A stretch of DNA of 64,000 nucleotides, from NCBI GenBank assembly GCA_964640125.1, contig CAZXGG010000011.1, positions 347 through 64,346 of the forward strand, read 5' to 3'. Origin of the DNA: an uncultured Rikenellaceae bacterium (GTDB lineage: Bacteria; Bacteroidota; Bacteroidia; Bacteroidales; VadinHA17). This document shows positions 60,759-64,000 of this stretch, piece by piece (positions within the stretch are counted from its first letter, which is position 1; each line of letters starts with the position of its first letter). Both the position numbers and the translations under genes were made by a program. The notes beneath the pieces are model-generated. The model ran no database searches and was not told where the DNA came from. It was given only the letters and a program-made list of their open reading frames with translations.

Positions 60759-61177
60759 AAAATCAAATCCGGATATTCAACCGGATCCCATGTTGACCGT
60801 TTACATATTCTGTATTTCGGTTAAACAAATTGACGGAATTCTCTTTTTCCGGAACTGGAAATTTTGACAAACTGCTGTTTTTTTTTGATGAAACTTTTCA
60901 GCAGCGAATGAATTTTTAACGCTTTACTTTAAATAATGTACTTAAACAATTAACTAACAATTTATTAACAATGATTTAACTTATAATATTGAATATCAAT
61001 AGGTTAGATAAATAAATAATTTTCTGATTTTTTTTTAATTTTTAACGGGTTGATTTTAAAACCAATATAATTTTTTTGTAAAAGTCAAGTGAAAATTAAT
61101 TTTTTTTTTACTTTTTTTTTAACAACCTTGCTACTTCTAACCTAAAATTAAAATAAAGTAAATTGGGAAATTTCTAA
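60759..61177. other. extremely AT-rich spacer upstream of dnaA; candidate origin/DNA-unwinding region and dnaA promoter
   Basis: Multiple T9-T10 runs and A/T words. No perfect TTATCCACA box was seen by eye; the best match is ttattaaca at 60962-60970. Confidence 0.3.
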
Positions 61178-62608
61178 ATGAGTAGTTCGCATCAAGAAGT
61201 ATGGAATAATTGTTTAAAGATCATTAAGGATAATGTTCCATCGATTAGTTACAGAACCTGGTTCGAGCCTATCGTTCCGGTGAAACTAGAAAAAAATATT
61301 TTAACCATACAGGTTCCCAGCCCTTTCTTCTATGAGTATTTAGAAGAGCAGTATATTGATATACTGAGGAAGACCCTCAGAAAGGAGCTGGGTGTTGATG
61401 CCAAGCTGGAGTACAATGTGGTCATGGAAAACAATGCGTTTTCCAATTCCAAACCCTACACGGTAAAATTTCCCACAAAGAATAAAGCAGAGCTTAAGAA
61501 CCGTCCGGTTTCCATTCCCCTTGAGACTGAACAAAACACCATAAAAAATCCATTTGTTATTCCGGGGATAAAAAAATTGCACGTTGATCCCCGGTTAAAT
61601 CCGGATAACTCTTTCGCCAATTTTGTAGAGGGTGAATGCAACCGGTTAGCCCGGTCTGCAGGATTCGCTGTCGGAAACAAACCCGGTGGAACAGCGTTCA
61701 ACCCCCTCTTGATCTATGGAGATTCGGGATTGGGTAAGACACACCTGGCACAGGCAATTGGAATACTGGTTAAGGAACAGATGCCTGAAAAGACGGTTCT
61801 TTATGTGAATGCAAATAAGTTCCAGACACAGTTTGTGGAATCGATCCGCAATAACAACAAAAATGATTTCCTTCATTTTTACCAGATGATCGATGTGCTG
61901 ATCCTGGATGATGTACATGAGTTTGCCGGAAAGGAAAAAACACAGGATATCTTTTTTCATATCTTCAACCACCTGCACCAATCGGGAAAACAACTGATTC
62001 TCACTTCAGACAGACCTCCCGTTGAACTCCAGGGCATGGAGCAGCGGCTGCTTTCACGGTTCAAATGGGGATTATCAGCTGATCTGCAGCCGCCCGATTT
62101 TGAAACCCGGATGGCTATCCTTCTGAAAAAAACCTACAATGATGGCATCGAAATGCCGGAAGACGTCCTGGAATACATTGCAACGCACATCACAGATAAT
62201 ATCCGGGAACTGGAAGGTGCACTGATCTCCCTTCTTGCACAGTCAACCCTGAACAAGAAAGAGATCACCCTTGATCTGGCAAAGCAGATGATCGACAAGT
62301 TGATCAAGAACACGAAAAGGGAGATCTCCATCGATTACATCCAGAAGATTGTATGTGACTATTTTAACATACCCATTGATTTGATGCAGAGTAAAACAAG
62401 AAAACGGGAAATTGTTCAGGCAAGGCAGGTTGCGATGTTTTTCTCAAAAAGCCTCACAAAATCTTCCCTTGCCACCATTGGCTCTCAAATCGGTGGAAAA
62501 GATCATGCAACGGTTCTCCATGCCTGCAAAACGGTGAACAACCTGATCGATACCGATAAGCGGTTCAGGGTACAAATAGATGAGATTGAAAAAAAGCTGA
62601 AGATCTAG
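61178..62608 (+). CDS. dnaA: chromosomal replication initiator protein DnaA
   Basis: 476 aa with Walker A GDSGLGKTHL, LILDDVH, and the domain IV HTH ...IGGKDHATVLHA. Confidence 0.96.
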   Translation: MSSSHQEVWNNCLKIIKDNVPSISYRTWFEPIVPVKLEKNILTIQVPSPFFYEYLEEQYIDILRKTLRKELGVDAKLEYNVVMENNAFSNSKPYTVKFPTKNKAELKNRPVSIPLETEQNTIKNPFVIPGIKKLHVDPRLNPDNSFANFVEGECNRLARSAGFAVGNKPGGTAFNPLLIYGDSGLGKTHLAQAIGILVKEQMPEKTVLYVNANKFQTQFVESIRNNNKNDFLHFYQMIDVLILDDVHEFAGKEKTQDIFFHIFNHLHQSGKQLILTSDRPPVELQGMEQRLLSRFKWGLSADLQPPDFETRMAILLKKTYNDGIEMPEDVLEYIATHITDNIRELEGALISLLAQSTLNKKEITLDLAKQMIDKLIKNTKREISIDYIQKIVCDYFNIPIDLMQSKTRKREIVQARQVAMFFSKSLTKSSLATIGSQIGGKDHATVLHACKTVNNLIDTDKRFRVQIDEIEKKLKI

Positions 62609-62633
62609 GACTAACCGGCACGATCTTTAGTTC

Positions 62634-62674
62634 GAGGGTGTCCAATAAGCAATTAAACGACACCCTCTTTTTTT
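62634..62674 (+). terminator. rho-independent terminator after dnaA
   Basis: gagggtgtc-16 nt loop-gacaccctc followed by T7. Confidence 0.75.
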
Positions 62675-62773
62675 ACCGGAAAATAGCTTGCCTGCACTGA
62701 GAAATTATCTTATTTTTAACCTCCCTATATTTTATATGAATCCCATTTTTATCACTTTATACTTGTTACAGCC

Positions 62774-64000
62774 ATGAAAAAAATAATCCATTCTTCCATG
62801 CTGTGGTTAGCGTTTATAGCCATGCTGGCATTAACCAATGCATCCGCCCAGAAGAAAAATTTCACCTATGACGAGGTGTTTTCTGGCCGGAGTCGGATGT
62901 TTTCAAATCCATTGCCAATATTATCCGGTTGGTGTGATGCCACCCATTACCTGGAAAGCAAAAGGGAAAACGGCTCCCGGGTTGTTATGAAAGTTACAGC
63001 TGAAAGCGGAGAATCAACACTCTATCTTGATTATGAAAAATACTATACGATTCTCCCGGAAGGATTTTCATTGTATAGAAGTGAAACACGAACAGAGGAT
63101 CTGAATCATTTTATATTAGAAAAAGAGAATAACCTGTACTATTTTAACCGGACTATAGAAGAGTTCCGGCAGGTTACTTATTCGGACTCAGAGGAAAACA
63201 ATGCCACCTTCTCACCGGATGCAACAAAGATTGCCTTTACCCGGGATCACGACCTTTTCATTTCTGACCTGGCTACCGGAGAAGAGACCCGTCTTACCTT
63301 CGATGGTAATAAGCGCATTTACAACGGCTGGGCATCCTGGGTTTACTATGAAGAAATCCTCGGTAGGAGATCCCATTACAAGGCATTCTGGTGGTCCCCG
63401 GACAGTAGAATGATCGCATACCTCCGGTTTGATGACAATCCCGTGCCTGAATTCACCATTGTAACAGGAGAGGGTATACATGGCAGGGTGGAGATTACCC
63501 CCTATCCGAAAGCTGGGGATCCCAACCCGCTGGTAAAGCTGGGAATCGCACACCTTGAAACGGGCAAAACCATCTGGATGGATACCAACGAAGGGGTTGA
63601 CCGCTATGTGGCATGGCCATTCTGGACAAAAGATTCGAAAGAACTGGTCTACCAGTACATGAACAGGGGACAGGATGAAATCACCCTGTATGCTGCCGAT
63701 CCGGCAACCGGTGAAAAACGAGAGATCTACCACGAAAAACAGAATTGCTGGGTCGAATTCTTCGAGGATCTGTATCTCTTTGAGGATGGCAGCGGTTTCC
63801 TTGTGCGGAGTGATGTTGATGGATGGAGAAACCTCTACTACTATGATATGAACGGAGAGCTGATCACCAGGGTTACTGATCTTGACTGGAGAGTGACGGG
63901 CATAGAGCGGGTGGTGGAAAAGACAAAAACGGTTTTCTTTACAGGAACGGGTGGTGAATCGACAGAGAATCACCTGTTCTCCATCAATCTGAACGGGAAA
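62774..64000 (+). CDS. S9B family dipeptidyl-peptidase IV-like protein, N-terminal beta-propeller part (runs off the right edge)
   Basis: ATG at 62774 gives the signal peptide MKKIIHSSMLWLAFIAMLALTNASAQ. The DPP4 N-terminal pattern is FSPDATKIAFTRDHDLF..., WVYYEEILGR..AFWWSPDSRMIAYLRFDD. The frame stays open to position 64000, and the ORF is absent from the track because there is no stop. Confidence 0.8.
   Translation, partial: MKKIIHSSMLWLAFIAMLALTNASAQKKNFTYDEVFSGRSRMFSNPLPILSGWCDATHYLESKRENGSRVVMKVTAESGESTLYLDYEKYYTILPEGFSLYRSETRTEDLNHFILEKENNLYYFNRTIEEFRQVTYSDSEENNATFSPDATKIAFTRDHDLFISDLATGEETRLTFDGNKRIYNGWASWVYYEEILGRRSHYKAFWWSPDSRMIAYLRFDDNPVPEFTIVTGEGIHGRVEITPYPKAGDPNPLVKLGIAHLETGKTIWMDTNEGVDRYVAWPFWTKDSKELVYQYMNRGQDEITLYAADPATGEKREIYHEKQNCWVEFFEDLYLFEDGSGFLVRSDVDGWRNLYYYDMNGELITRVTDLDWRVTGIERVVEKTKTVFFTGTGGESTENHLFSINLNGK

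Noticed and set aside
63212-63973. 253-aa minus-strand ORF at the right edge.
   Set aside because: It is antisense to the DPP4-like gene, whose translation carries clear family motifs. The antisense product has none.

Overview
This is a chromosomal window from a Bacteroidota-type genome. The evidence is two proteins with T9SS C-terminal sorting domains, a roughly 900-aa Bacteroidota-style LptD, rpsF-rpsR-rplI without ssb, and AT-rich leaders without Shine-Dalgarno sequences. I count about 47 credible protein genes, mostly housekeeping: aroE, folD, ffh, argS, ligA, dapA, secA, icd, dnaX, rpsF-rpsR-rplI, ridA, lptD and dnaA. I saw no rRNA, tRNA or CRISPR array by eye. dnaA (61178-62608) lies behind a 419-bp extremely AT-rich spacer, and gene orientation changes from mostly minus to plus at 58.6 kb, so the replication origin is probably in or near the window. 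Five things stand out. (1) A cobalamin-riboswitch-led minus-strand operon (23.5 to 14.7 kb) encodes a TonB-dependent receptor, a beta-propeller lipoprotein, a T9SS-sorted trypsin-fold protease and a BtuFCD-like importer. (2) A 1.4k-aa secreted mosaic protein combines collagen Gly-X-Y tracts, 40-aa repeats and YadA-like repeats, and its 5' end is built from intergenic repeat words. (3) A low-GC cassette carries two methyltransferases. (4) A high-GC orphan B12-binding radical SAM gene sits next to an IS5-type transposase remnant. (5) Most striking, almost every long spacer is a mosaic of recurring short modules: several hairpin families, a MITE-like element present as an inverted pair around secA, strand-biased TCAC tracts, ATAAGTTA-type word arrays and a 32-nt T-rich word. 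These modules nest inside one another and sometimes run into coding sequence. All coordinates of non-ORF features were counted by hand and may be off by a few nucleotides. No search or folding program was run.
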